A stretch of 63,965 bases of DNA from a virus (taxonomy: Duplodnaviria; Caudoviricetes): IMG/VR virus record IMGVR_UViG_3300037714_000156, positions 1 to 63,965 of that record; one strand, given 5' to 3'. Below the pieces are notes generated by a model. That model was not told where the DNA came from. It did not search any database and saw only the letters and a program-made list of their open reading frames with translations. This document shows, one piece after another, positions 52,271 to 62,204 of the stretch. The position numbers and the translations under genes are program-made. How positions within the stretch are numbered: position 1 is the first letter of the stretch; each line of letters opens with the position of its first letter.

Positions 52271-54448
52271 ATGTATAACAAATCACGCACCTGGAATTTC
52301 CGGGATGAGCAAACGATCTACGAAGCAATGAGATTGTATCAGAACCTAAGCAGTCAGTTCACTCCATTCTATGATGAGCAAAACAAGTTATTTGATTTCA
52401 CAGTAGCATCACTCCAATGGGATAAAGCAATCCGGGCAAGATTAAGGAGAGAGGGCAGACCTGCAAACAGTTACAATCTAATCAGAACAATACTCAACGT
52501 TATCTTCTCAGTAGAAAGAGACAACCGGATGATAGGCAAGCCGAAGCCGAGAACGACAGGAGATAACGAACTCACAAATGTAGTTTGGCAGACACTCAAT
52601 TTTTATTTGTACCACGCAGGATTCAGCAAAGCACAGAAGCGGGTATTTATGGATAAGGTAGTTGCAAGATTAGGAGTCTATCACGTCGGATGGAGATACA
52701 CAGGCAGTACAGACGACAAAGGAAAACTATTTACTGAGTCTTGTGACCCCAGAGAATTTATGTGGGAGCTGAACTATAACGACACGCTATGGGAACAATC
52801 AAGTTATGTAATGCGAAAGCATCAGATGAGTCTGGAAGAAATACTCAGCACCTTTGCACTCAACGATAGAGAGTTAGCCGAAGTAATTCAATGGGAAGCG
52901 AAACAGTTCTTTGAGCATGACCCGGAGAAAGGCAAGTGGATAAGCCGGAGATTGAAAGCTATGATAACGGCAGTATATGAAACGGCGACAGGGTTCAACA
53001 GCAACCGGGATAATTTATTCACTAACTACCTGCAATGGTGGGACCCCTCAACAGGAAAGTTTGATGTACTTGAACTTCACGAAAAGAGAATGGAAAAAAG
53101 ATTGATAGTCCCGGATAGCGAGAGGAACAAAGACATTGACATCACCGACACGTACAACAGAATGTATAAAGAATCCAACGGCAAAGAATCAGAAGATTAT
53201 TTATTCGACAATGAATTGGTAGGCAAAATAAGAGAGCAGTACGGATTGCAGGGTGAACCGAAAGAAGATTTACAAAACCGGAAATTCACAACGGCAGTAA
53301 TACCAACCTTCAACATAAAAGTAAATGAACAGCCCTATCCTTTTGAAAGCAAGTATTATGTTTACATTCCTGAATATTGTTACGACACGCACGCAGACCC
53401 GATAAAGGTTCAATCAGTAATGGACGACTTAGTAGATCCGCAGGCAGATTTCAATAAAGCAAAATCTTTAATACTCGAACTTCTTGCAAGATACGCCAAC
53501 AAGGGATGGATAATGGATGAGAACGCAATAGACGGACTCGAAGAAGATTGGACGACAAACAGGATTGCACCATACCGCAGAGTCAGATCGGGTTACATAA
53601 ATATGATTAAGCCAGAACCGGCACAAACTATCAGCGAAGAATTAGTAAGGATGCCATTAGAAGTTCAGCAGTTGATGAAAGTCATAACGAATGCTGATGA
53701 TGAGATCAGAGGGAACAGATCACCGGGAGTAACATCCGGAAAACATTTCATAGCGAAGGAAGAACGGCAGGCTAAGAGCTTTGCAATGATTCTTGAAAAC
53801 AGGGACGACTCACAGAAAGCAGTATCAGAACTTTCTCTGCAATTCATTCAGCATTATGTAAAGACACAGGAAGTAATCCGAATCACTCAGGATATACCAG
53901 GTATGGATATGAAAACCAATGATGAACTCATCATCAATCAATCAGTCTTTGATATGAAGAATGGTGAACTTAGTGAGCGGGTAGTCAACGATATTGATGC
54001 CATTGAGTATGACATTGAAATAACAGAAGAACCATATTCAATATCAGCACAGGATGAGCGGTACAACAAACTCGGAGATATTTTTAATGCTGCACTTGCA
54101 GTTGATCCGAAGAAAGCAAATGCAATGTTGCCTATAATTGTTAAAGCCACAGGTTCACCGGAGTCAACAGAAATATTAAAGCAATGGGAGAAATTAGATC
54201 AGCCGAATCCTCAAGCAGATATGTTACAGCAGATGATGATTCAAATACAAATGATAATGGCAAAGTTGGGAGTTGAAGAAAAGAAAACAGACATCGAAGG
54301 TAAGAAGCTGGATAACATCGAGACCGCAAAGAACATTGAGAATTTGGAGAGAGATAATTTTTTTAATACTTTAGACCGAGTAAAAGGAAACGATCAGCCA
54401 AAAAAGAAAACCAACGGAAAACAACAGCCACAAAAGAAAGCAGTCTGA
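52271..54448 (+). CDS. Portal protein (P22-like, long C-terminal barrel)
   Basis: LQWD...GRPANSYNLIR, DPQADFNK, SGKHF, YDIEITEEP; 725 aa after terL. Confidence 0.88.
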   Translation: MYNKSRTWNFRDEQTIYEAMRLYQNLSSQFTPFYDEQNKLFDFTVASLQWDKAIRARLRREGRPANSYNLIRTILNVIFSVERDNRMIGKPKPRTTGDNELTNVVWQTLNFYLYHAGFSKAQKRVFMDKVVARLGVYHVGWRYTGSTDDKGKLFTESCDPREFMWELNYNDTLWEQSSYVMRKHQMSLEEILSTFALNDRELAEVIQWEAKQFFEHDPEKGKWISRRLKAMITAVYETATGFNSNRDNLFTNYLQWWDPSTGKFDVLELHEKRMEKRLIVPDSERNKDIDITDTYNRMYKESNGKESEDYLFDNELVGKIREQYGLQGEPKEDLQNRKFTTAVIPTFNIKVNEQPYPFESKYYVYIPEYCYDTHADPIKVQSVMDDLVDPQADFNKAKSLILELLARYANKGWIMDENAIDGLEEDWTTNRIAPYRRVRSGYINMIKPEPAQTISEELVRMPLEVQQLMKVITNADDEIRGNRSPGVTSGKHFIAKEERQAKSFAMILENRDDSQKAVSELSLQFIQHYVKTQEVIRITQDIPGMDMKTNDELIINQSVFDMKNGELSERVVNDIDAIEYDIEITEEPYSISAQDERYNKLGDIFNAALAVDPKKANAMLPIIVKATGSPESTEILKQWEKLDQPNPQADMLQQMMIQIQMIMAKLGVEEKKTDIEGKKLDNIETAKNIENLERDNFFNTLDRVKGNDQPKKKTNGKQQPQKKAV

Positions 54449-54451
54449 CAA

Positions 54452-54817
54452 ATGAAAGAATTAGCAGGAATGAAACTCACCCTAAAAGACCCATCAATGA
54501 AATATGGTTTAATATTCTGGACTATGGATGAACTCTCCCAATCAATTCAATTCAACGATGAGAAAAAATGCGATGAGATATTGAATGATATTAAAGAAGG
54601 AAAGGGAGTTGAACTTTATTATAATTTTTGCGAAAGAAGTGTAAGAGTATTCCCGCATAGAGTATTAAGAATAAAATTCACAGATGAATACTCTATAAAC
54701 TTTAAGGATCTACCAGAGATACCAGAAAGTATGACTCCCGAAATAAAGTTTCCCGGCGACGGTTATTTTGTCGGATTGAATAGACACCAAGCAAGATTAG
54801 CAGAGGAGGCAAACTAA
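54452..54817 (+). CDS. Hypothetical protein
   Basis: 121 aa after the portal. Confidence 0.55.
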   Translation: MKELAGMKLTLKDPSMKYGLIFWTMDELSQSIQFNDEKKCDEILNDIKEGKGVELYYNFCERSVRVFPHRVLRIKFTDEYSINFKDLPEIPESMTPEIKFPGDGYFVGLNRHQARLAEEAN

Positions 54818-55050
54818 TGAACACACCGGAAATGATATACACCCTCATAAAGTTTTTCTTCTCAAACATCTGGACATACTTAGGATTATTGCTCCTGGTT
54901 ATTACAATAAGGGGTGACATCAGCAAAGCAGTATCAGTAGTCAGCAGATTCTTCGGGAAGATAAGAGACAACTACCGAAGCAAAATAAAAGCACGCTTGG
55001 AATTTGAAGATAAGGTAAAAACTTTCAAAGCCGAAAATCCTAAGAGGTAA
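54817..55050 (+). CDS. Small membrane protein
   Basis: FFFSNIWTYLGLLLLVI; GAGGAGG RBS. Confidence 0.6.
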   Translation: MNTPEMIYTLIKFFFSNIWTYLGLLLLVITIRGDISKAVSVVSRFFGKIRDNYRSKIKARLEFEDKVKTFKAENPKR

Positions 55051-55228
55051 TGGAGAAAGTAACAGTAGCAGAATTAAAGCAGGAAATAATGAAAGCAAAA
55101 AATAAAAGTATAACAGACCCATTAGCAAAACAGATGCTTGAAAAAATCGAGACGGCTGTATCAGTCTGCCCCCCGCAATTCCTACGCATATCAAAAATGT
55201 ACCATACAATAAAACAGAGGTATCAATA

Positions 55229-55435
55229 ATGCCATTCAGATATATCAAAGTCAGAACCAGACCATTGTCAGGATTCGATTCATTGGATGAGGAGAATCAT
55301 TTCTTTCGTTATCATTCACTAATCATTACCAACGGGATCAAGATTTATGCTTATCAATACAGGATGTATATGAGAGAATTAATACATCCCGACAATAAGG
55401 ATATGCAACAGACAATAAAAACCTGGAGAAATTAA
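55229..55435 (+). CDS. Hypothetical protein
   Basis: GAGG RBS, 68 aa. Confidence 0.45.
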   Translation: MPFRYIKVRTRPLSGFDSLDEENHFFRYHSLIITNGIKIYAYQYRMYMRELIHPDNKDMQQTIKTWRN

Positions 55436-55681
55436 ATGCCGTTCTATGATTACAGATGCCCGGATGAAGGGTGCAATAATATCCAGGAGTTTTATGAAAG
55501 AACAACAGATGATGAGAAAGAACATCTCTGTAAGGCTTGCGGTTCATTGATGCACAGGATAATAACAACAGCTCCGGCAGTAAAACACAAGAAATTACCG
55601 AAGGGACATAACCTATCAGCAACCAAACGCCGGGAGTTATGGGGAAGTGACGACCCGAACAATTTTAGAAAGTTAATGTGA
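55436..55681 (+). CDS. FmdB-family zinc-ribbon protein
   Basis: MPFYDYRCP..GC...CKACGS.MHRII. Confidence 0.85.
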   Translation: MPFYDYRCPDEGCNNIQEFYERTTDDEKEHLCKACGSLMHRIITTAPAVKHKKLPKGHNLSATKRRELWGSDDPNNFRKLM

Positions 55682-55899
55682 TGCAGAAAGAAAACTTATT
55701 CACCGCATATTGGTATAACTCAAGATTCCGTTCCAAGACGCACATCTTCAAAAAAGGTTCACTAACCCTTTGCGGGTTACTTAGATTTAATAATCAATGG
55801 ACGGCGAGATTTGTTAATCTAAATAATGTAGAGTGTGCCAAGTGTAAAAAGATTTATAAAGAACTACAAAACTCTAAACTAAAAGGAAAAACCAAATGA
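55678..55899 (+). CDS. Small Zn-binding hypothetical protein
   Basis: THI...LCG...CAKC. Confidence 0.5.
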   Translation: MMQKENLFTAYWYNSRFRSKTHIFKKGSLTLCGLLRFNNQWTARFVNLNNVECAKCKKIYKELQNSKLKGKTK

Positions 55900-56138
55900 A
55901 AGAATTCGCAACACAAATCATCACCCGCATGATAGATCACCCGAAAGAATTGAAGATCACCGAAGAAGAAGTAAAAGAAGATAGCAGTATTCTTCTGAGA
56001 GTATGGGTCAATGCTGATGATGTTGGCAAGCTGTTAGGAAGGAGGGGCGGAAACATCCAGGCGATAAGAACAATATTGAAAGCAGTAGCATCGAAAGATT
56101 TGAAGAAAAGATTAGCATTAAAATTGGCGGACGAGTGA
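55896..56138 (+). CDS. khpA: KhpA-like single-KH-domain RNA-binding protein
   Basis: MIDHPKELKI, VNADDVGKLLGRRGGNIQAIRTIL with intact GxxG loop; 80 aa. Confidence 0.88.
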   Translation: MKEFATQIITRMIDHPKELKITEEEVKEDSSILLRVWVNADDVGKLLGRRGGNIQAIRTILKAVASKDLKKRLALKLADE

Positions 56139-56683
56139 TATTTTATTGCATCCCTTATAGCACAAACGGAAGATTATTCCAGGCATACAACGAATACGCA
56201 TCATTAGTAAAAGACCCCAATGATTATATATGTTTCCTTGATGGCGATACAATGTTCCTCGTAAAACATTGGGGACACGTAATCGAAAGGTATGTGAAAG
56301 AATATCCGGACGCAGGACTTTACACCTGTTACGCATCAAGATGCAGTTACCGGGCACAGATCCCGAAACACGGAGATAACACTAACCCCAATCTGAATTT
56401 TCATATCGGGGTAGCGAAACTTCTTAATAGAAAACACTCGTTGAAATTGGGAGTTAAATATCTGAACAGAAGAATAGCCGGACACCTGATGATGATTAAA
56501 AAATCTACATGGGACGAAATAAAAGCAGATGTAGCAAAAGAAGTTGAGGACCGGGACAAAAGAATACTTGGAGTTGACACCATAATATCCAGAGCAATAT
56601 TAAAACGGGATAAGAAAATTCTTGTGATGAGAGCGGTTTATCTTTTACATTTATTCAGGCTTGACGGGAGGTTATACAGATGA
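56135..56683 (+). CDS. GT-A fold glycosyltransferase
   Basis: DYICFLDGDTMF DxD motif; C-terminal YLLH. Confidence 0.7.
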   Translation: MIFYCIPYSTNGRLFQAYNEYASLVKDPNDYICFLDGDTMFLVKHWGHVIERYVKEYPDAGLYTCYASRCSYRAQIPKHGDNTNPNLNFHIGVAKLLNRKHSLKLGVKYLNRRIAGHLMMIKKSTWDEIKADVAKEVEDRDKRILGVDTIISRAILKRDKKILVMRAVYLLHLFRLDGRLYR

Positions 56684-57612
56684 AAATTTTAGTAGCGAAT
56701 CATTGGCTGAAAAAAATAGGCGGAAGCGAAACTTTTACTTATGCTCTCGCAGTTGAACTCAGGAACCAAGGTCACGATGTAGATTTCTATACTTTCGAGG
56801 AAGGAATAGTTTCTCAAAGACTGAAAGCTCAGGGAATAAAGCTGAGAGTACAGGAGAGCTATGATCTTGTTTTAGCGAGTCATTATACCTGCGTTAATTA
56901 TCTTCACGAAAGAGGATATACAATCCAGACGGTACACGGGACGACACCACGATTAGAGAGACCTAATGTTAAAGCGAATCTGCTTGTTGCAATATCAATC
57001 GAGGTTAATGACCACCTGAAGAAAGAGTATAATTACACAAGCAGAGTGATTTCAAACGGAGTTGATTGCGAAAGGTTCTCACCTAAGAAAAAGATAAAGA
57101 CACCGGGACTGCCGGAAAGAGTCTTATCGTTATGCCAATCCCAAAGATTAAATAATGAACTTGAAAAAATATTTAAGAAACAGAATATTCTTTTCCTTTC
57201 CCTGAATAAATTTCAAAACCCCGTATGGAATGTAGAAGATCACATTAACAGTTCCGATATGGTGATTTCAATAGGCAGAGGAGTATTAGAATCAATGGCT
57301 TGCGGAAGACCTGTTGTAATACTTGATGAAAGAGATTACCAGGGATTGATGGGAGACGGATTCCTCACGCCGGGAATGTTACTCTTTTCCTCGCAGTATA
57401 ATTTCTCAGGAAGATTTGGGAAGCGGGTTGACGTAGCGGATATAATTTCAGAATCTCTCTATCAGTATAACATCACAGCAGAATCAATAACTCATTTTCT
57501 TAGAGGGATGGCACTAACACATTACAACATAACACATCAGGCAGCAAAATATTTGGAGGTATTCAATGAGCATAACGCCAAAGGAAAAGTACACTCAGGA
57601 ACAATTTCTTGA
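56680..57612 (+). CDS. GT4-like (GT-B) glycosyltransferase
   Basis: MKILV...GGSETF, ISNGVDCERF, LESMACGRPVV. Confidence 0.85.
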   Translation: MKILVANHWLKKIGGSETFTYALAVELRNQGHDVDFYTFEEGIVSQRLKAQGIKLRVQESYDLVLASHYTCVNYLHERGYTIQTVHGTTPRLERPNVKANLLVAISIEVNDHLKKEYNYTSRVISNGVDCERFSPKKKIKTPGLPERVLSLCQSQRLNNELEKIFKKQNILFLSLNKFQNPVWNVEDHINSSDMVISIGRGVLESMACGRPVVILDERDYQGLMGDGFLTPGMLLFSSQYNFSGRFGKRVDVADIISESLYQYNITAESITHFLRGMALTHYNITHQAAKYLEVFNEHNAKGKVHSGTIS

Positions 57613-58225
57613 AGCATTAAAAGACCCGGAAGTAAAGCATCTGAAAGACCGGGAAGTATTCAAAGGTTTTTATGACAGACTCGGAGAAATGGAAGTTCAG
57701 AAGACTCAGGATTATAAAGAATGGAGAATGGACTTCATTAAGATGGGAACGCCGAATATCTTCGATCAGGTTATTGAACTTGGTTGTCATGCAGGATTTA
57801 ATTTAATACACTATGCCAGGTTGGGATATAATGTTACGGGAGTTGATGTATCTACTTCTCTGATCGAGTTAGCAAAAGAAAAGATATCAAAAGAATCACC
57901 CGATGTCAGAAACAGGATAACGCTCGTAAATGCTTTTATTGAAGACCTCCCGGACAGCTTTGATGTGAAATACAAATTCGCAATCATCACAGAAACATTG
58001 GAACACGTTCAAGACCCGCTCAGGATTTTGCAGAGGACTACCAGATTATTAACAAGGAAAGGGATTGCTTTTATTTCAGCTCCATCCACAAGAACAGGAC
58101 TATACAACCACGTACGGGGGATTAATCCTGCCGAAATGAAAAGACTGCTTATCAAGGCAGGACTTACCGTAAATCAAATTTGGGTCAAAAGAAAATTAAC
58201 ATTTGCAATGGCAGTTAAGAGATGA
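57566..58225 (+). CDS. Class I SAM-dependent methyltransferase
   Basis: VIELGCHAG, VTGVDVS, ETLEHVQDP. Confidence 0.88.
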   Translation: MSITPKEKYTQEQFLEALKDPEVKHLKDREVFKGFYDRLGEMEVQKTQDYKEWRMDFIKMGTPNIFDQVIELGCHAGFNLIHYARLGYNVTGVDVSTSLIELAKEKISKESPDVRNRITLVNAFIEDLPDSFDVKYKFAIITETLEHVQDPLRILQRTTRLLTRKGIAFISAPSTRTGLYNHVRGINPAEMKRLLIKAGLTVNQIWVKRKLTFAMAVKR

Positions 58226-58944
58226 TAATCGGAATTACACGGGTGAGGAATGAAGAACATATCATCACCGATACGCTTAACCACGTTTCAGAATTAGTTG
58301 ATATGATATGCGTATATGATGATGCTTCAACAGACAGTACAGTAAAGAAGTGTCATGAGCATCCGAAGGTACGGCACGTAATAGTAAATACATTATGGGA
58401 GAAAGAACCGGCGAAAAGAAGATTGCTCGAAGGAACGCAAAGACAAAAACTTTATCAGGCAGCATTACCTTTTAACCCTACCTGGATTTATTACTTCGAT
58501 GCTGATGAGTTCGCAGACTTCAAAGGAATTGATTTCAAAGCAGACGCATACAAGCTGAGACTGTTTGATTATTATATCACCGAAGAAGATAAGAACCTGG
58601 ATTACAGATGCAGAAAATGGATAGGACCGGAATACCGGGACATCACTATGCTATTCAGACCTTATCCGGGAATAAGATTCACAAGCAGAGTACCGAAACT
58701 TCCAAACCATTATAAAGTAGCAACGCAAGGATCTGTAATGCACTTTGGTAAAGCCATTTCAATAAAGCATTGGGAAGAAACCTGCAAGTATTATATTCAT
58801 CACCGACACCCGGAAGGAAAGAAGTCAGTAGAAAAATGGAAGGGAAGAATAGGTAAAGCAGTTCACACCAAATCAGATTTCGGGAATGATTTAATAAAGT
58901 GGAACGAAAGAGAAACAAAAGGAATAAAGTTAAATGAAGCCTGA
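58222..58944 (+). CDS. GT2 glycosyltransferase
   Basis: RVRNEEHII, YDDASTDST, YFDADEF. Confidence 0.88.
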   Translation: MIIGITRVRNEEHIITDTLNHVSELVDMICVYDDASTDSTVKKCHEHPKVRHVIVNTLWEKEPAKRRLLEGTQRQKLYQAALPFNPTWIYYFDADEFADFKGIDFKADAYKLRLFDYYITEEDKNLDYRCRKWIGPEYRDITMLFRPYPGIRFTSRVPKLPNHYKVATQGSVMHFGKAISIKHWEETCKYYIHHRHPEGKKSVEKWKGRIGKAVHTKSDFGNDLIKWNERETKGIKLNEA

Positions 58945-59656
58945 CATAGTTTACTTGTTTGCGATGGGGCATACTTTCTGGAGAGACCAGGAGCTGAGAT
59001 ACAGTTTGCGATCTTTAGAAAAACAGGGAGAGAATTATGGGAACATTATTCTTGTCGGGGATAAACCGCCATACCTGAATGGTAAGATCATACACATCCC
59101 GCAAAGTGATAATTCCCTGCATTGCCACGAAAGAAGGATATACGAAAAATTATTAGTTGCTTGCAACACGCCAGAGATAAGCGACCCGTTTATATTTTTC
59201 AACGACGATTATTTTTTAACCAAGCCGATAGACTTTTCCAATATCGGTTATTACTTCAGTATAAATATCGAAGATAAGATTATCAAAAGATCTCGCAATG
59301 ATTTGTATAAAAAAACAATGCGGAATACATTCGCAGTTCTGAAAGAGAAGGGATTAAAAACCCGGTACTTTGATATTCATTACCCGATGCAATACTATAA
59401 GAATAAATTTATTGAGGCGATGAAGAAATATGATTGGGAAATAAATGCCGGTTACTTAATAAAATCTCTTTACGCAAACACTCTCAGGATAAAAGGAGAG
59501 AAGCGGAAGGATTATAAAATAAAAAACAATTTAAGCAAAGATGAACTAAAGCGGTTGATAATTCTGACTGATTTATTCAGCACGGAAAAAATTTACAGAA
59601 ATACGGCTGAATATCTTGTAAAGAAATACAGGGCTAAATCATCATACGAGGAATAA
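58934..59656 (+). CDS. Stealth-like sugar-phosphotransferase
   Basis: DIVY, ELRYSLRSLEK, FIFFNDDYFL motifs. Confidence 0.75.
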   Translation: MKPDIVYLFAMGHTFWRDQELRYSLRSLEKQGENYGNIILVGDKPPYLNGKIIHIPQSDNSLHCHERRIYEKLLVACNTPEISDPFIFFNDDYFLTKPIDFSNIGYYFSINIEDKIIKRSRNDLYKKTMRNTFAVLKEKGLKTRYFDIHYPMQYYKNKFIEAMKKYDWEINAGYLIKSLYANTLRIKGEKRKDYKIKNNLSKDELKRLIILTDLFSTEKIYRNTAEYLVKKYRAKSSYEE

Positions 59657-59662
59657 AAGAGT

Positions 59663-59692
59663 TTGACAATTACCAAAAATATTCTATGTTTA
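59663..59692 (+). promoter_or_regulatory. Putative promoter upstream of the structured RNA and head genes
   Basis: TTGACA-16 nt-TATGTT(TA). Confidence 0.6.
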
Positions 59693-59695
59693 CAT

Positions 59696-59881
59696 CCTGT
59701 ATGTGTTCCTTTCTTAATGCTTAGGTCGGTAGAGGAGAATTTTAACGATTTTCTTCTACCTTCCTCTGATAACGAGGACAGAAAATTTTGATTGACCCTG
59801 AGTAATCAGGGGTAAAAAATCGTAAGACGGTTGTTTGTTTTGGATAATGGGAGAATCCAGGACTAACAACCGTTTTTTTTT
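59696..59881 (+). ncRNA. Candidate structured sRNA or leader, ~185 nt, four hairpins, 5' anti-RBS segment
   Basis: Non-coding gap; stems 59728-59760, 59762-59778, 59796-59811 (GTAA loop) and 59824-59876 followed by T9. Confidence 0.55.
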
Positions 59882-59904
59882 AATCTAACCCTGGAGTAAT
59901 TAGA

Positions 59905-60231
59905 ATGGTTGACAAAACCGTTAAATCAAAGGTTGCTCAGAAACTTAATCTCGCAGGAGATATTCACGATGCTAAAATACAAACCTCGATCAGCCAGGTA
60001 AAAAAAGTAGATGGAAAAATATCAGCATCTTTTGAAATATCCGGTCTGCCTACAAAGAAAGAAGGGGGCTATTCAGATTCCTACAAATCAATTCCAAAAA
60101 TATTTGACACAATAGAAAAGTTTGCAGAATACGCAACAACATTTTTCAATGCAAGTGATGATGAAATAATTAAAATGTGTAAAGCCTCTTATTCATCTGA
60201 CTCCAATTCACCAAAGGTGAGCAGATATTAA
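59905..60231 (+). CDS. Hypothetical head-module protein
   Basis: GGAG RBS; 108 aa. Confidence 0.65.
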   Translation: MVDKTVKSKVAQKLNLAGDIHDAKIQTSISQVKKVDGKISASFEISGLPTKKEGGYSDSYKSIPKIFDTIEKFAEYATTFFNASDDEIIKMCKASYSSDSNSPKVSRY

Positions 60232-60708
60232 TTGGGACAATTTAATAATCAATTAAAAATGTATAGGTCAGCTATGCCGGATAAAAAACCGAAAAATATT
60301 AACAACAAACTCGCAAATGAGTTTGAATCACGTGAGAGACACAGGGCACAGTCTCAAGGGAATGTGTTCGAGGGATTAGGCAAAGTAGAACAGCCAAAAA
60401 TGAGAATGATGAGAACACATACACGGAAAACGATCACTCAACCATACATTCGACCATTGAGTGAACCGAACAATAACAGAGTCAGAAGCCACGAAGAAAT
60501 ATCCGCCCTTGATAAAAAATACAGACCGAAGGGTGACGTGAATGCTTCTAAAAATGTTTTCACGAATATTAAGAAATCAGCAGACAGCAAAGGCAACAAA
60601 GGCTACCGCAAAGGACCCACGATAACAGGGAATCCGTCAGACCTGGAAAAAGATAAATTAAAAACGAAATTCAAGCAAAACAAAGTCAACAAAATATTAG
60701 GGTACTAA
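60232..60708 (+). CDS. Basic, low-complexity head-module protein (possible internal DNA-binding protein)
   Basis: K/R/N-rich 158 aa; N-terminus resembles that of the major capsid protein. Confidence 0.6.
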   Translation: MGQFNNQLKMYRSAMPDKKPKNINNKLANEFESRERHRAQSQGNVFEGLGKVEQPKMRMMRTHTRKTITQPYIRPLSEPNNNRVRSHEEISALDKKYRPKGDVNASKNVFTNIKKSADSKGNKGYRKGPTITGNPSDLEKDKLKTKFKQNKVNKILGY

Positions 60709-60709
60709 A

Positions 60710-62173
60710 ATGACAGACAGTTATTCCAAAGTTCACGGCAAAGAGGAAATTTACTTCGATGAAGATAAACGCATGAAGGCAATCGAAGAATTAGAAGATC
60801 CGAAGGAGATTGACGCTGCCTTAGAAATCCTGGACGAGAAAATTGGTGAAACCTTAAAAGATGAGGACACTTCACCAAGCGAATCAGAAACCCCCGATGA
60901 AGAACTTTCTCCCGAAGAAAAAAAGGAGAAAGAGGGTGAGGACACTTCTGGTAAGCAAAAAGAAAAGGATGATAAAGAGCAGGGCGAAATAAAGAAGGAC
61001 GATGCTAAAGATGATCTCCATCAAAAAATTGCCGACAAACTTGAAGGTAAAGAATCCGGTAAAGCAGGAGATAAATTTCTTCTAACAGAAGACGTTATCA
61101 ATAGTCAGCCGGAAGCAGACAGGAAAATTCTCATCAACTACAAAGACAAAGACAAGGCAGAATTAGCGAAGTCCGCAGCAAACGCAATCGCTGTTAAGTC
61201 TCCTTATTTGAAAGACAATGAGGAAGCTATCAGCTTGCTTGCGAAACAACTCGAAAGCAAACCAGAAGCGGAATTGTTAAAAACGCTTGTTGATGTTCAA
61301 AGAGAAGCCGGGAAGGCTGAACCCGCTCAGGAGAAAGAACAGATAGTGGAGGATATTGAACTCCCCGATCTGACCGACTCCGATCCAAAAATAAAAGTAA
61401 TATTAGAAACGGAAACTTTGAAACGCCTTAAAGCAAGTTATCCGAATATGCCTGATGTTACTTCTATGGATAGTGAGGAATATAAAGAGTGGAGACGAGA
61501 CCAAAATGTTGATAATCCTGATAACACCTTCAAGGACGACTTGGAATCAACGAGAGAGGATGTAAAAACTGAATTATCAAAAATAGTTTTCATCCAAAAT
61601 AATCTGCCAAACTTATTTGAAGAATCCCCGATAGAAGTTCTACCAATGCTCACGCCGGAGAATCTCCCACGTCTGAAAGCTCTTAATGATAATCCTATGG
61701 AATTGTTAGTCAATGACATCAACACAGAAATAGTGACTATAAAAAAGGGATTAGAAAAATATGGACTGACCGAAAAAGATTTGAATATTGATCTCACAAT
61801 AACCAAAGATGCAGACGGTTATCCGTATAACGAAACCTTAAATAGTCTTGTCTCTGAAGGATTAACAAGCGATGGGAAACCAATCCCAAGCCCTAAAATA
61901 ATCGGGCAGAGAGGAAATGTATTCTGGCTGAAGCAGGGAGAATTAGCAAAGAAGTTCAAAGATGAGTATGACGATAAAATCCTTACGGCTTTTGTTAATA
62001 AAAAAACACAGACAGATAAAAAGGTCAAGGAAAAATTAAAGGAAGAAACACTCATTGCGGGGACAGGTAAAACAAAAAGCGGAAGCGGAAAAACCATCAC
62101 GCTTGAAGACATTGAGAAAGAACAAAATCCGGCAGTCATTGATAAAATGATTGCTCAGTTAGAAAAAGTATAA
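60710..62173 (+). CDS. Capsid scaffolding protein (putative)
   Basis: Highly acidic and helical, directly upstream of the capsid gene. Confidence 0.65.
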   Translation: MTDSYSKVHGKEEIYFDEDKRMKAIEELEDPKEIDAALEILDEKIGETLKDEDTSPSESETPDEELSPEEKKEKEGEDTSGKQKEKDDKEQGEIKKDDAKDDLHQKIADKLEGKESGKAGDKFLLTEDVINSQPEADRKILINYKDKDKAELAKSAANAIAVKSPYLKDNEEAISLLAKQLESKPEAELLKTLVDVQREAGKAEPAQEKEQIVEDIELPDLTDSDPKIKVILETETLKRLKASYPNMPDVTSMDSEEYKEWRRDQNVDNPDNTFKDDLESTREDVKTELSKIVFIQNNLPNLFEESPIEVLPMLTPENLPRLKALNDNPMELLVNDINTEIVTIKKGLEKYGLTEKDLNIDLTITKDADGYPYNETLNSLVSEGLTSDGKPIPSPKIIGQRGNVFWLKQGELAKKFKDEYDDKILTAFVNKKTQTDKKVKEKLKEETLIAGTGKTKSGSGKTITLEDIEKEQNPAVIDKMIAQLEKV

Positions 62174-62204
62174 TTTTAATTTTAATCAAGGAGTTTAATT
62201 AACT

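Noticed and set aside
59688-59720. Minus-strand gene driven by AGAAAGGAA
   Set aside because: The following ATG is immediately followed by TAA; no coding capacity
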